A stretch of 64,000 nucleotides of DNA from Mariniblastus sp. (lineage in GTDB: Bacteria; Planctomycetota; Planctomycetia; Pirellulales; Pirellulaceae). The notes under the pieces were generated by a model. It saw nothing but the letters and a program-made list of their open reading frames with translations. It searched no databases and was not told the origin of the DNA. Positions 48,997 through 59,528 of this stretch are shown here, piece after piece (position 1 is the stretch's first letter; every line of letters starts with the position of its first letter). The translations under genes were made by a program, and so were the position numbers. The stretch lies in NCBI GenBank assembly GCA_051010835.1, contig JBPCVC010000024.1:8229-72228 (forward strand), given 5' to 3'.

Positions 48997-50268
48997 TCAG
49001 CTGTTGTTCTCGATGGTGCCCGGGTTATCTGACTGTTGCTGTTGGGGCGGTAAAATATCGTATCCCACTGTTTTTATAGATTCGTCAATTTTTAAGCGAA
49101 TGGACCCTTGCGAGAAATCATCAAGGCAGTAGGCAGCAATGAATTCAGAAATTGAAATTTGTTGCGAGGGGATTTCTGGGAAAAATGAGTGCTGAGCTGC
49201 TGATTCAATACCATGAGGCATCCCGTCGCTTCCGAGTAACAGGTTCTTTCCTGGGGTGTATCCGATCTTATCGATTAACATTCGGAATGGATTGTTTCCA
49301 AGACAGTACGCGTGATCGAGTCTATCTGCGTAGTTGCTAGAGTCACTGCTGAAGTTTGGCTGCATGCAGAGTTTGATGCCGAGATCGATTGCCACGCTTG
49401 CCTGCTCTTCGGTAATTAGTTGGGCGTGTTCAATTCTGATTTCAGGGGCACGTACCAATCGTGGTTTCAGGTGCATTAAAGAGGAGAGAGTTTGTTCAAT
49501 AGCACGATCGCCAATGGCGTGGATTGCTAGAGATTTTTCCGTTTCTAAGCAGTGTTCGATGGTTTTGGTAAGTTCAGGATCTGTGTAGATCAACATGCCT
49601 CGATTAGCTTTTTTTCCGGTAAGGAATGGGCGGTGGAGTGCTGCCGATTCTGAACCAATGGCTCCGTCGGTAAATAACTTGAGGCCGTGTACCTGCGTTT
49701 TTGCTTGAGGGGATAGGGATTGAAATATATCCGGCGCCGACCAGAACCGGGTGCGATTGAGGAGGTTACAATCCTCGAAAATCTTTATCTCGTCTTCGTC
49801 AACAAGCAGCATTTCTTCGAGATAGTAAATTCCAATTTCTTTTAATTGAGCAAAGAATTGAGTGAGGTTCTCTCGAGAAGCGTAAAGATTGGCAAACCAG
49901 TTCAGAACAACTCGTAGGTTGTTTTCGTACCAAACTGGATCTGCTATTTGGTTGACTGTATCGCCGTATTTTAGTCTCAGGTAATCCATTCCACCGCGAT
50001 TGATAAGCAGGGAATGGAGGGAGACATTGAAAACCGCCAGGGGAGGCATCAATTCCATTTCTGCCTGAGTCCAATGGTAGCGATTGCTTCTCCAGCCATG
50101 GGCGACGGTGAGCCCGCCGTTCTGATGTTCAAACGACTGGCTAAGGATCTGTTCGGCAGCCTGTTTGGTTTTAACTGCGTTCAGAGAAATCGCATGATTG
50201 AAAGCGGAATAAAATAATGGATGTGAATGATGGTCTTTAAGCAGCGGAATAGTAACCGTGGATTCCAT
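48997..50268 (-). CDS. Amidohydrolase family protein (Amidohydro_3-like, short)
   Basis: DHHSHP, LKLFTDGAIGS..AAL, HAIGDRA, RIEHAQ, GSD. Confidence 0.8.
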   Translation of the reverse strand: MESTVTIPLLKDHHSHPLFYSAFNHAISLNAVKTKQAAEQILSQSFEHQNGGLTVAHGWRSNRYHWTQAEMELMPPLAVFNVSLHSLLINRGGMDYLRLKYGDTVNQIADPVWYENNLRVVLNWFANLYASRENLTQFFAQLKEIGIYYLEEMLLVDEDEIKIFEDCNLLNRTRFWSAPDIFQSLSPQAKTQVHGLKLFTDGAIGSESAALHRPFLTGKKANRGMLIYTDPELTKTIEHCLETEKSLAIHAIGDRAIEQTLSSLMHLKPRLVRAPEIRIEHAQLITEEQASVAIDLGIKLCMQPNFSSDSSNYADRLDHAYCLGNNPFRMLIDKIGYTPGKNLLLGSDGMPHGIESAAQHSFFPEIPSQQISISEFIAAYCLDDFSQGSIRLKIDESIKTVGYDILPPQQQQSDNPGTIENNS

Positions 50269-50274
50269 AGATAG

Positions 50275-51648
50275 CTATTTTAAAACCTCAATTGTTACAG
50301 GGTTAGCGAATTGGTCGCTTAGATGCTTAAGGGTTTTATTGTCAGGTGCTCCATCGATGATCCAATAACGATAGTGAACGCTGAGAGGAGCTTCTGGCAC
50401 AACAGTGGTTTGAAAGTAAGATCCAAATCTACCATAGTCGCGCTCGCTGAATCGACTTGGTTTGGGATTCGCATCATCGCTTAGGTAGGCAATCGTATAG
50501 ATCGAGTTTCCCGTTTTTTTACCTTCGGTCGCTGGATCGGGGATCGCAATTGTCATTGCCAGAAAAGGGAGGTTGATGTGAGATTTGTTAATGTCACTTT
50601 CATTTTTTTTATTTGACCAGTTGCGGAATTTTCCGGGTTTAGCTTGTCCGTCGGGGCGATTGTAGTAGGTCAAGTTTTTTGTTTTGTCAGGTACTAACTG
50701 GGACGCGCGAAATTGGACGCCGGCGTGTTGGGGGTCACCGTCAAGTTTCAATTTATCGACTAGGGACACGAGGCTTGTACGAAAGTCAATTACGGTTGCG
50801 TTGTTCAGTTTTATTGCTGTGAGTTCGCGGCTTTCTTTTGCAAATGGTTGGCCGTCTCTTCCGTTCCAATCAATCAGGCTGCGTGATTGACCAAAGACTG
50901 GATTGGTAGTGGTCACGAGTTTACGATTAATTTGCGATTCGCCTTGATTGCAATGCCAGACATCGGCTTGCTGGTTCTCGCCGTAGGAAATTCGATTGAA
51001 TCCGAAAAAAATTCCGCGGTGGTGCGGGAAGAGTCCGCCAGGCCCTTTGGTAAGCAGGCGATCTCCGTTTGGCGAATAGACATGGTGAAATACTTTGTAG
51101 GTAGCTTTTCGTCTTTCTGGAGAACCGTTGTCGACTTCTTCGTACATATACGCCATGACTGGGTTGCCATCATGTTGAAGCTCAGCGCGGGTTGATCCAT
51201 CGTCGTGCCACTGGTATTTAATTGGGGCACTCCGTTTAATTTCTTTCCCTGTCAAAGTAATTGATTTGCCCGCAGAAAGACTTGGAAGAACGAAAGTTAA
51301 TTCAACCAGTTTTTTATTGCCAGCGGTCTTCGCTTGCTCGGCAGATGCTAAAGCGTCGCAGTAGCTGGGAGACGAGAGTTGGCCGGTGAACCGGTGGTTG
51401 GATTTATCGATTAACGATACGGGACGTGGTTCGGCATTCTCCATCCAAAGGAGGGTTCTCACAATGTCGTTGGAGCGATCGGTCTCTCCAGCGTCAATTT
51501 TGATTTTAAAAATTGACTTTGAGCCCGTTTGTGCTCGACACTCTCCGTTGAAACTTAGGCAGGAAATCGCCACAAACAAGAGGATCGCTGTCCTCGCTCG
51601 CGGTTTAATTGGAAAGAGCGTGGTGGCCAGCAAGTCGGTTTTAGGCAT
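50275..51648 (-). CDS. Exported PmoA-like/DUF6807 family protein
   Basis: Signal peptide; FHHVYSPNG..LT....FPHHRGIFF; HAGVQFRA. Confidence 0.65.
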   Translation of the reverse strand: MPKTDLLATTLFPIKPRARTAILLFVAISCLSFNGECRAQTGSKSIFKIKIDAGETDRSNDIVRTLLWMENAEPRPVSLIDKSNHRFTGQLSSPSYCDALASAEQAKTAGNKKLVELTFVLPSLSAGKSITLTGKEIKRSAPIKYQWHDDGSTRAELQHDGNPVMAYMYEEVDNGSPERRKATYKVFHHVYSPNGDRLLTKGPGGLFPHHRGIFFGFNRISYGENQQADVWHCNQGESQINRKLVTTTNPVFGQSRSLIDWNGRDGQPFAKESRELTAIKLNNATVIDFRTSLVSLVDKLKLDGDPQHAGVQFRASQLVPDKTKNLTYYNRPDGQAKPGKFRNWSNKKNESDINKSHINLPFLAMTIAIPDPATEGKKTGNSIYTIAYLSDDANPKPSRFSERDYGRFGSYFQTTVVPEAPLSVHYRYWIIDGAPDNKTLKHLSDQFANPVTIEVLK

Positions 51649-51731
51649 CGAATATCCCCAAGTTGTTAAGGTAAGGAAACCATCTTAGCAGCAAAGTAAG
51701 GCTGAATAAAGAAATGGCTATCGAAAGGTGA

Positions 51732-52046
51732 TTAAGATCCTGTAACGGGCTGGAGAACTTTGAGGGAAACTGAATTTACTAAATCTTTGATTTTGTCGCG
51801 ATATTCGTTCATGTGAGGCGCAATTAGATGGTCACGCAGGGCTTGAAGCGATTCCCATTTTTCAAGGATAGTCACTGAGTCTTCGTTCTTTGATTGGCTG
51901 GTGATTTCAGAATCGATGTCAATTGCCGGATAATATTCCAGGCACCCTGTTTCGCGGTGGACAGCCGGGACAATTTCGAGAAAGTGCTCGAGGAATTCGA
52001 TTTTGGTATTTGGCTTTAGTTCGATGGAGGCGACAACTGTAATCAT
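51732..52046 (-). CDS. Putative quinol monooxygenase (ABM family)
   Basis: E.GCLEY, LEKWES..AL..H..APH. Confidence 0.85.
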   Translation of the reverse strand: MITVVASIELKPNTKIEFLEHFLEIVPAVHRETGCLEYYPAIDIDSEITSQSKNEDSVTILEKWESLQALRDHLIAPHMNEYRDKIKDLVNSVSLKVLQPVTGS

Positions 52047-52182
52047 GGTTTTCTTTCGTAAAAATGGAACGGTGAGGCGTGAGATGTTAATCTAATTGAA
52101 TGGTACCAGGTTTGCATCTGGCCCCCTTTGAGTCTATCGCAGAACCCCTTCTAATTAAGGAATCTAATTCCAAAGGTGAATC

Positions 52183-53016
52183 ATGCAGATCAGTTTTAAA
52201 CATCAAAATGTCGAGTACCAATGCTCCGTGGCTGAGGCAAAATCACTTGCCATTGTCCTTGATTTTGAAGGGCTTCAACCGAACCACTTTGGAACTGAAA
52301 AAGCATCCAATGAGGTATTGAAGTTGGGTGGTTTTACCGGCGATACCCGAGTCGGTGGAAGTTGTAATGTTGATTGCCTGGAGATGATACCGCATTGCAA
52401 TGGGACTCACACAGAAACCGTGGGGCATATCGTTAATGAAGATATCTGGGTCGGCCATGCAGCACTCGATTTATTCTCATTGGCTTTTTTAGTTACGGTT
52501 GACCCCCAATTGGCAACAGAGACTGCCGACACTTACCGCCCGGAGCTTGAGCCTGAGAATTGGGTCATCACACGCGAGATGCTTGAAAAAGCAATCGCTA
52601 GAGTTGGGGGGATTCTGGCTGTAAAGCCGGCCGCTTTAATTGTTCGTACGCTGCCCAATTCGAATGACAAGTGTGCACGAGCGTACTCGACTGAGAGCCA
52701 ACCGGCATTTTTTACGGTCGACGCTTGTCAGTTCATAAACGAGACCGGCATTCGCCATCTTCTGGTTGACTTTCCGTCGGTGGATCGAATGAATGACGAT
52801 GGCTTGTTGACGAATCATCATATTTTCTGGAACGTCCAGGAAAGAACCCATGAATTATCGGAGGATACGTGGCAGGAGAAGACGATTACAGAGATGATTT
52901 TTGTGGCTGACGAAATAAATGATGGCATTTACGGTTTAAATCTGCAGGTGCCTGCTTTTGGAAGCGATGCAGCGCCATCGCGGCCTGTGATTTTTCCAGC
53001 GAACGCGGTCTCGTAG
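52183..53016 (+). CDS. Cyclase family metal hydrolase, probable kynurenine formamidase (KynB-like)
   Basis: PHCNGTHTETVGH, D.PSVD, ITEMI, DAAPSRPV; directly upstream of kynU. Confidence 0.75.
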   Translation: MQISFKHQNVEYQCSVAEAKSLAIVLDFEGLQPNHFGTEKASNEVLKLGGFTGDTRVGGSCNVDCLEMIPHCNGTHTETVGHIVNEDIWVGHAALDLFSLAFLVTVDPQLATETADTYRPELEPENWVITREMLEKAIARVGGILAVKPAALIVRTLPNSNDKCARAYSTESQPAFFTVDACQFINETGIRHLLVDFPSVDRMNDDGLLTNHHIFWNVQERTHELSEDTWQEKTITEMIFVADEINDGIYGLNLQVPAFGSDAAPSRPVIFPANAVS

Positions 53017-53057
53017 GTTCTGTTGGTTCAACTAACTTCTAATTGTGTTTCGGGATA

Positions 53058-54341
53058 ATGATGACTGCTATGGTAGATTCAAACGCTTTGCTGGAAGAGG
53101 CGCGGGAATTAGATAGAACTGATCCACTTGCTGGATTTCGGAGCCAATTTCATATTCCTCACGTCGACACTGTCGAAGATTTATATCTTGTTGGTAATTC
53201 GCTTGGCCTCGTTCCACGGCGAACGGGGGAGTACGTTCAGGAGGAGTTAAGTCGTTGGGCGAACTTGGGAGTCAGGGGGCATTTTTCCGGCTCCCCCAAT
53301 TGGGCGTCTTACCACGAATGTCTTGCCAAACCGATGGCGGAACTGGTGGGGGCGATTGAGTCGGAAGTCATTGTGATGAATACATTGACCGTTAACCTCC
53401 ATTTAATGATGGCCACCTTCTATCGTCCTACAAAAGGGCGGTCCAAGATCTTAATTGAGTCCCACGCATTTCCATCGGATAAAAATGCAGTGGAATCGCA
53501 AATTCAATTACATGGATACTCAGCGAGTGATTCGTTGCTTGAGGTGCCGCCAAATGATCGGGGATTGATAGACACCGCAACGATTTGCAAGATGATCGAT
53601 GAGAATGCTGATTCTCTCGCATTGGTCCTGCTCCCCGGCGTTCAGTACTACACGGGACAAGTGCTCGAGATGAAGGCGATTACTGAGTGTGCGAGACGAA
53701 ATCAGGTTGTGATTGGCTTTGATTTGGCTCATGCGGTGGGAAATGTAGTGATGGAACTTCACGATTGGGAAGTCGATTTTGCCTGTTGGTGTACCTATAA
53801 GTATCTTAATTCCGGCCCGGGTTCACTGGCTGGGTGTTTTGTACACGAGCGTCATGCTCGCAACACTGCCCTGCCCCGCTTGGCAGGATGGTGGGGACAT
53901 CAAAAAGAAACGCGTTTCCAGATGACCGGAGAATTCAATCCGATTCCGACGGCTGAAGGCTGGCAGTTAAGTAATCCGCCAATTTTATCGTTGGCAGCCA
54001 TTCGGGCTTCACTGGATGTTTTTGGTGAAGCGGGGGGGATGCGTGTTTTGGTTGAGAAGTCAAAAAGTCAGGGCGCGTTTTTTCGGCGATGTCTTGAAAG
54101 CCGGCTGGGCGATCAAGTGCAGGCGATCGCACCGTCAGCGGTTTCGGGGTGTCAGTTGTCTCTGGAAGTTCAGTTAGAGGGGGTCGAGGGGCGAAGCATC
54201 TACGCGGCGCTGGAAGAAAAAGGAGTGCGGACGGATTGGCGGGAGCCGAACGTAATTCGGGCCGCCCCAACGCCGCTTTATAATCGCTACGAAGAGATTT
54301 GGAAATTTGTCGATTTGATGGTGAGTTGCCTGCGAGATTAG
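53058..54341 (+). CDS. kynU: Kynureninase
   Basis: GNSLGL, MNTLTVNLH, FPSD, DLAHAVGN, CTYKYLNSGPG, DWREP..IR.AP.PLYN. Confidence 0.95.
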   Translation: MMTAMVDSNALLEEARELDRTDPLAGFRSQFHIPHVDTVEDLYLVGNSLGLVPRRTGEYVQEELSRWANLGVRGHFSGSPNWASYHECLAKPMAELVGAIESEVIVMNTLTVNLHLMMATFYRPTKGRSKILIESHAFPSDKNAVESQIQLHGYSASDSLLEVPPNDRGLIDTATICKMIDENADSLALVLLPGVQYYTGQVLEMKAITECARRNQVVIGFDLAHAVGNVVMELHDWEVDFACWCTYKYLNSGPGSLAGCFVHERHARNTALPRLAGWWGHQKETRFQMTGEFNPIPTAEGWQLSNPPILSLAAIRASLDVFGEAGGMRVLVEKSKSQGAFFRRCLESRLGDQVQAIAPSAVSGCQLSLEVQLEGVEGRSIYAALEEKGVRTDWREPNVIRAAPTPLYNRYEEIWKFVDLMVSCLRD

Positions 54342-54397
54342 CTGCGCAGGTTCTAGAGAAACTTAGATTCCCATAGTGGGTTCCATTTTTAGTATTT

Positions 54398-55792
54398 ATG
54401 GATTTGAAAATTGTGAGTAAGCCAAAAAAGATCCTAATTTCCGGTGCAGGTTTAGTGGGATCTCTGCTCTCGGTTCTGCTTGGACGTCGGGGCTATGAGG
54501 TTGCGATTTTCGAACGAAGGCCTGACATGCGGGGAGTCGAGGTTGACAGTGGTCGCTCGATCAACCTTGCACTCTCGTCCCGTGGGATTCACGCTCTTGA
54601 ACAAGCGGGGTTGCTCGAAGAAGTTCGTGAATTACTGATTCCAATGCGAGGTCGGGCGCTGCATTTAAGTGGGGGGAACGAGGAGTTTTCTTCGTATGGG
54701 CAACGTGATGAAGAATTGATCTATTCCGTTTCACGGCGAGATCTCAATTGCTTGATGATGTCGGCGGCGGAAGAAGCGAAACCCGTCGAGATTAGATTTA
54801 ATCAATCCGTTGAGAAGGTTGATTTCGAAACGGGAGAACTAACCGTTGTCAATTTACAAGATAATAGTTCTTATCGGCGGTCGTTTGATTTGTTGATCGG
54901 AGCGGATGGTGCTGGGTCACCGACACGCGAGGCATTGTTGGCCGTTAATGGTGGCGAGTGTTCTGTCGATTTCCTAGATCACGATTATAAAGAACTTGAA
55001 ATTCCTCCACTGAGTTCGAAGTCTGGAGGCTATCAAGTGGAGCCTGAAGCTTTACATATTTGGCCGCGTGGTGGTTATATGTTAATCGCCCTGCCGAATC
55101 AGGACGGCAGTTTTACAGTTACTCTTTTCATGCCGAAGCAGGGAGAGATCAGCTTTGAGAAATTAGAAAATCCGGACCAGCTAAACGCCTTTTTTGAAGC
55201 GGAGTTTCCGTCTGCGAAGCGACTCATTCCAGATCTCGAAACTGATTTTTTTGCCAATGCGCAGGGGCGTTTGGGGACAGTGCGGTGCTCAAAGTGGCAC
55301 CATGAGAACAAGGCCTTGATTTTGGGCGATGCATCTCATGCGATCGTGCCTTTTCATGGCCAGGGAATGAATTCGGGATTTGAAGATTGTTCTGAATTAA
55401 TCAGGTTGCTGGAGAAGCACAACGATGATTGGAGCGAGGTGTTGCCAGAGTTTGATCGAATTCGGCGACCCAACGCGAATGCGATCGCCGATATGGCGCT
55501 TGAAAATTACGTGACGATGAGAGAGAGTGTTGCGGATCCTAAGTTTCAATTGAAAAAAGAACTGGGGTTTGAGTTGGAACAGCGTTTTCCTAGTCGTTTT
55601 GTGCCACGATATTCAATGGTTATGTTCCATCTTCTACCCTATGCCGTTGCGTTGGAACGTGGAGTCATCCAGCAGGCAATTCTATCCGAGCTGGTTGAGG
55701 GGATTTCGGAGATTGCTGAGGTGGACTTCGCGAAAGCTCATCAACGAGTCACCGAACAACTACCCGAAGTAGATCTCACGCGTCCTTATTAG
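54398..55792 (+). CDS. kmo: Kynurenine 3-monooxygenase
   Basis: GAGLVG, RSINLALS.RG, HIWPRG, GDASHAIVPFHGQGMNSGFED, AIADMALENY. Confidence 0.92.
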   Translation: MDLKIVSKPKKILISGAGLVGSLLSVLLGRRGYEVAIFERRPDMRGVEVDSGRSINLALSSRGIHALEQAGLLEEVRELLIPMRGRALHLSGGNEEFSSYGQRDEELIYSVSRRDLNCLMMSAAEEAKPVEIRFNQSVEKVDFETGELTVVNLQDNSSYRRSFDLLIGADGAGSPTREALLAVNGGECSVDFLDHDYKELEIPPLSSKSGGYQVEPEALHIWPRGGYMLIALPNQDGSFTVTLFMPKQGEISFEKLENPDQLNAFFEAEFPSAKRLIPDLETDFFANAQGRLGTVRCSKWHHENKALILGDASHAIVPFHGQGMNSGFEDCSELIRLLEKHNDDWSEVLPEFDRIRRPNANAIADMALENYVTMRESVADPKFQLKKELGFELEQRFPSRFVPRYSMVMFHLLPYAVALERGVIQQAILSELVEGISEIAEVDFAKAHQRVTEQLPEVDLTRPY

Positions 55793-55831
55793 AAAGCATG
55801 CTTTGAAATTCCAGCTTCCTGTCAATCGAGT

Positions 55832-57016
55832 TTACTTGCGTAACTCCCGTGTCAACTGACTGAAGGCATCTTTCATTTTTTCATTCTGGAACGGACGCAG
55901 ATCGGGAACTGAAAGTCCAGAGATTGCGTCAAACGCTCTCCGGCTAACGGCCATGAGTGCCGCAACATCTTTGCTCAAGGCTACTGTTTTGTAGGTGTTG
56001 GCTGCGGTCAGAATGTTTTTTTTGCATTCGAGGTTCGCCATCATCATTTGATGTTTTTGATGGGCGAGGCCCTCTTTGTAAAACATCGCGGCGTCGTAAG
56101 TCAGTTGATTACTTGCGATGTTGTTACGAAGGACAGTTTCATCTCCACCTGCAGCGATGGCCCGTTTTGCTTCGTTAATGTTTTTTCGCGCTTTTGCAGC
56201 AAACTCATCGAGTTTGGGGTAGTACTCGTTGTCCACGCTTTCAACAAACTTTTCCTGCAGTCGTGACACTGTCTTGAGAAGCATTAGGTAGACACCATAA
56301 TATTTTTTTGCAGCCTCAAGATCTTCGCCAGTTTCATTCGTAAGCCTCTCGAGTTCCGCTGCAAACGATTTCGCATTATCAAAGATGATTGAGACTCGTA
56401 CGAATTCGTCTCCGGTGATTGATTCTAAAAGGTTGTCGATACTATCAGAGTCTAAATCCATCCCGATCCGATTCAAGTCTTTGACAAAACTCTCTTTTTC
56501 AACCTCAATGGAATTTTGAGCTTGAACGATTGCGTCTTTGGCAACTGCGATTTTTTTATCGTAGCCGGACTTGGTTACTCCCAGTGGATTGAAGGTGGAT
56601 GCTGGAGCGGAGATCCGTTTTCTTTTGAAAGTAGAAATGTTTCTTTGGTTTTCCGAGATTGATTCTCGAAGGTCGAGGATTTGTTGGCGGCGATTGCTGA
56701 TACTTGAGATTCCGAGCGCATCTCCAGCAACATCAAGGTAAGACTCGACCTTACGCGTTTGCGATTCTTTGGTCCGGCTGAGGAAATCATAAAATCTCAG
56801 GTCACCCTCTTCGGGACGGGTTTCGGCATCGTCGAAAAGGTTCAGGGCGTCATCGAGGGCGTCATGCGCCTGTTCGAAGAACTTTTGAACTTCTTCGTTT
56901 TCTTGAGCTATGACTTCTTCAGTTTGTGCGTGAGTTTCGAGACTGACAGCAAGTAGGCTTGCGCAGATTGCGAGGCACATTGAGGTAATTCGGAAGTAGC
57001 TGTTGAGAATTTGCAT
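55832..57016 (-). CDS. Hypothetical exported alpha-helical/coiled-coil protein
   Basis: ATG 57016 gives a signal peptide (MQILN...LETHA/Q); heptad-rich body. Confidence 0.7.
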   Translation of the reverse strand: MQILNSYFRITSMCLAICASLLAVSLETHAQTEEVIAQENEEVQKFFEQAHDALDDALNLFDDAETRPEEGDLRFYDFLSRTKESQTRKVESYLDVAGDALGISSISNRRQQILDLRESISENQRNISTFKRKRISAPASTFNPLGVTKSGYDKKIAVAKDAIVQAQNSIEVEKESFVKDLNRIGMDLDSDSIDNLLESITGDEFVRVSIIFDNAKSFAAELERLTNETGEDLEAAKKYYGVYLMLLKTVSRLQEKFVESVDNEYYPKLDEFAAKARKNINEAKRAIAAGGDETVLRNNIASNQLTYDAAMFYKEGLAHQKHQMMMANLECKKNILTAANTYKTVALSKDVAALMAVSRRAFDAISGLSVPDLRPFQNEKMKDAFSQLTRELRK

Positions 57017-57298
57017 ATTTCGACTCGGTATTAATTTCGAGAAGTTGTAGGTATTCCCTTCCATACTAACGGAGGGACGAAACGCGACAAGTTTTTGGAA
57101 CATCGCAAGTTGTAATTTCCAAGTTTCGATTTTAGTGGATTATTACTCGCTTTTCCCGTGAGGTAACGGACTGATTAACTTTGGTTTGAATGAAGGCAAC
57201 GTAGGGGTAATTGAATAGATGTCGCTGATCGGGATTTCTAAATTGGCTAATGTGGCAGTCTATTCGCCCAAACTCGGTGGAAATTAGATTAATTTTGT

Positions 57299-57332
57299 AA
57301 AAAAAGACCGCAGGAGATGAGTCCTGCGGTCT
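57299..57332 (-). terminator. Rho-independent terminator
   Basis: 11-bp perfect stem AGACCGCAGGA/TCCTGCGGTCT, 6-nt loop, U-tract on the minus strand, downstream of the 57471 CDS. Confidence 0.85.
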
Positions 57333-57470
57333 ATCCAATCGCCCTCTAATGGCCAGTTTTGTCCCGCAAAAATATATTTCTTGCATGAAAAGCATGGCGA
57401 GAGGGATGCTCGGTGAATCCGGTAAAATTCCTGGAATTCAATTCCCAAAAATTGCCCGGTTAGGAAGCGT

Positions 57471-59528
57471 TTATGGGATGACAGCGACTCCCGTGGTCAC
57501 GAGAGCTTGGCGAACCGCTCCGTTGAGACTGAATGGGATCGGGTCTTTTAGCCAAGGGGCACAATCGCCCGGGCGGTAAAATCCAAGTGCGTATTGGCAC
57601 TCGTTAACAGGATGGATTCCTGTTTGATAGGGAACCGTGACCAAACTCACAAAAAAGTGAGCGACGGAGTGGATTGGTTGCCGGAGCGGGCCGTGCGTGT
57701 GCCCATATCGTTCGAGCTGTACATTTTCAAAGTAAAGTGGTTTATGACAAAGTGCCGAGGCTTGCCAAGCGTAAGTTTGAGGCATCCAGGCTCGAGCTGC
57801 GGTTCCTTGATCACCTGCGCTGCACAGTTCGGGTATTTGCCAGAATTTGGAAATGGTAGCCCAGTCTGCGTCACTCAGTTTGGCATATGGGATCTTTTCA
57901 GTTCCCGAATCGGATTCGATGATCACGTAACCGCGGCGGAGGTCGATCATCGTTCCCGTAGCCACTATATTGCCGGCTCGATCAATCCAGTCTCTCGATT
58001 CGGTTTGGTAGAGTGAGCGGTTTCGCCCTGGAAGCGGGCTCAAGTCTAAGGCAATATCTTTGATTGAACCGTCGAGCAATTCGGCTCGAAACTCATCACA
58101 GTTTTGAAATGATGAAATCGTAGGACGTTGGCTGTTCCCGAAATCGAAGTTGGGAGCCGGAAGTTCCTCGCTGGGCGATTCTTGCGTTGGTTTTTTGAAC
58201 CGGCCGGGCTCTTGATTGCCTTCAGTAGCCATCCTGCTTAAGGAATTGGAAGAATCTGGAGTCGTTACTCTGTTCAACACAGAAATTTGCGACATTGTCG
58301 ACGGGTCGGGTTTCGGCTCAGAGTCTTCTGCTTGTTGGAAGGTGGCGGCTGATTCCTGGTTTGACTCAAATCTACCAAGAGATTGTTCGACAACAATGCG
58401 TTCCGCGGGTGGCAGTTCGACAGATTCATCGTTAAAGGGGTCTTGAGTGGGTACTACCATGATCACTTGTTGAACCGCATTTTGTACCGTCGTTGGCAGG
58501 TTTGAATTGTCTTCGTTTGGGTAGGCGTACTGCACGCCGGAGGTGTTCGCAGATTTCTGCTGGGTTGAGTTAGCCCGATGTGCTTGAAAGGAAGTGGTGT
58601 TGTAATTTGGTTTCTGGCGGGTTACTGATTTTCCATTTGGTCGCGACTGCCGGGGTGTGGTCCGGGATCTTGAGTTAGCGGACGACCTGTTGTTGAGACG
58701 CTGAGACGGCACTGCTGGTGTGTAGAGGAAATTGGTAATTTGGTTTTGGAATTTCGATATCGCATTTTCGCGTTGCGGTTTTTGTGGGGTAGATGTGTTG
58801 GGTCGCTGTCTTGGAATTTCCGCTTGCGAGGCTCTCGGAGAAGGGACGGATTTTGCGATCAGCATTCGTTGAGGTGTACTTCTGCGGGTGTTGACACTGT
58901 TCCTAAGTGACTGAATGGGAGCGTTGTATATCGAGTCGACAGCAGCGCGTCTTGGAGGCGTTGCTATGCGAGTGCTTGCGGGGAGCTCGGCCTGGTCGCT
59001 GAATTTGCGATATTGCGCTGGTGGAGTGGTTGCTGATCCGGGCTGAATGTGTACCGGTGGTGCAAAATTTTTGTAGCTAACCTGTTTGGAGTCGTTTGAC
59101 GCATCGGAGCCATTTTTCGAAGCTGGATCCGTAGCAGGTATTGAATTGGCGGTTCCGGTTGGTCGGAGCGTTGGTGGTGCAGAAAGGGCGCGGGGCGCCT
59201 GCGAATAAGAAGTGTCTCTGAGATGATTCGGAGTCGCCGTTCTGTGTCCGGTAGAACTTTGTGCCGTTTCCCCAGGTAGCACGGGCGTTTGAAACTGTTG
59301 AGCCATCAACCCCTGAGAAGGGAGGATGTAGGCGATCAGGGTGAACACGCCGAGGGTTGCTATTCGATGGAAAGAAGGAGATTCGGATTTTATAAATCGG
59401 CGATCAGCGGAAGCAAACTGGCAGAAAGGTGGCTCGCTGATTTGGTGGGTAAGGATATCGTCAGTGAGATTCCCCTGCGGGTGCTTCCGAAGAGTAGTTC
59501 GGAGCTTCTTGAGTAATGGCAATATCAT
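57471..59528 (-). CDS. Large hypothetical protein: long P/S/T/Q-rich disordered region, SHD1-like module and conserved C-terminal domain (start uncertain)
   Basis: [18 protein letters not shown]...[13 protein letters not shown]; [14 protein letters not shown]. Confidence 0.7.
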   Translation of the reverse strand: MILPLLKKLRTTLRKHPQGNLTDDILTHQISEPPFCQFASADRRFIKSESPSFHRIATLGVFTLIAYILPSQGLMAQQFQTPVLPGETAQSSTGHRTATPNHLRDTSYSQAPRALSAPPTLRPTGTANSIPATDPASKNGSDASNDSKQVSYKNFAPPVHIQPGSATTPPAQYRKFSDQAELPASTRIATPPRRAAVDSIYNAPIQSLRNSVNTRRSTPQRMLIAKSVPSPRASQAEIPRQRPNTSTPQKPQRENAISKFQNQITNFLYTPAVPSQRLNNRSSANSRSRTTPRQSRPNGKSVTRQKPNYNTTSFQAHRANSTQQKSANTSGVQYAYPNEDNSNLPTTVQNAVQQVIMVVPTQDPFNDESVELPPAERIVVEQSLGRFESNQESAATFQQAEDSEPKPDPSTMSQISVLNRVTTPDSSNSLSRMATEGNQEPGRFKKPTQESPSEELPAPNFDFGNSQRPTISSFQNCDEFRAELLDGSIKDIALDLSPLPGRNRSLYQTESRDWIDRAGNIVATGTMIDLRRGYVIIESDSGTEKIPYAKLSDADWATISKFWQIPELCSAGDQGTAARAWMPQTYAWQASALCHKPLYFENVQLERYGHTHGPLRQPIHSVAHFFVSLVTVPYQTGIHPVNECQYALGFYRPGDCAPWLKDPIPFSLNGAVRQALVTTGVAVIP

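Noticed and set aside
52091-52169. Three TCTAATT copies in the kyn/ABM divergent promoter
   Set aside because: AT-rich 7-mer with irregular spacing (59 and 13 nt) and no symmetry; not distinguishable from chance by eye.
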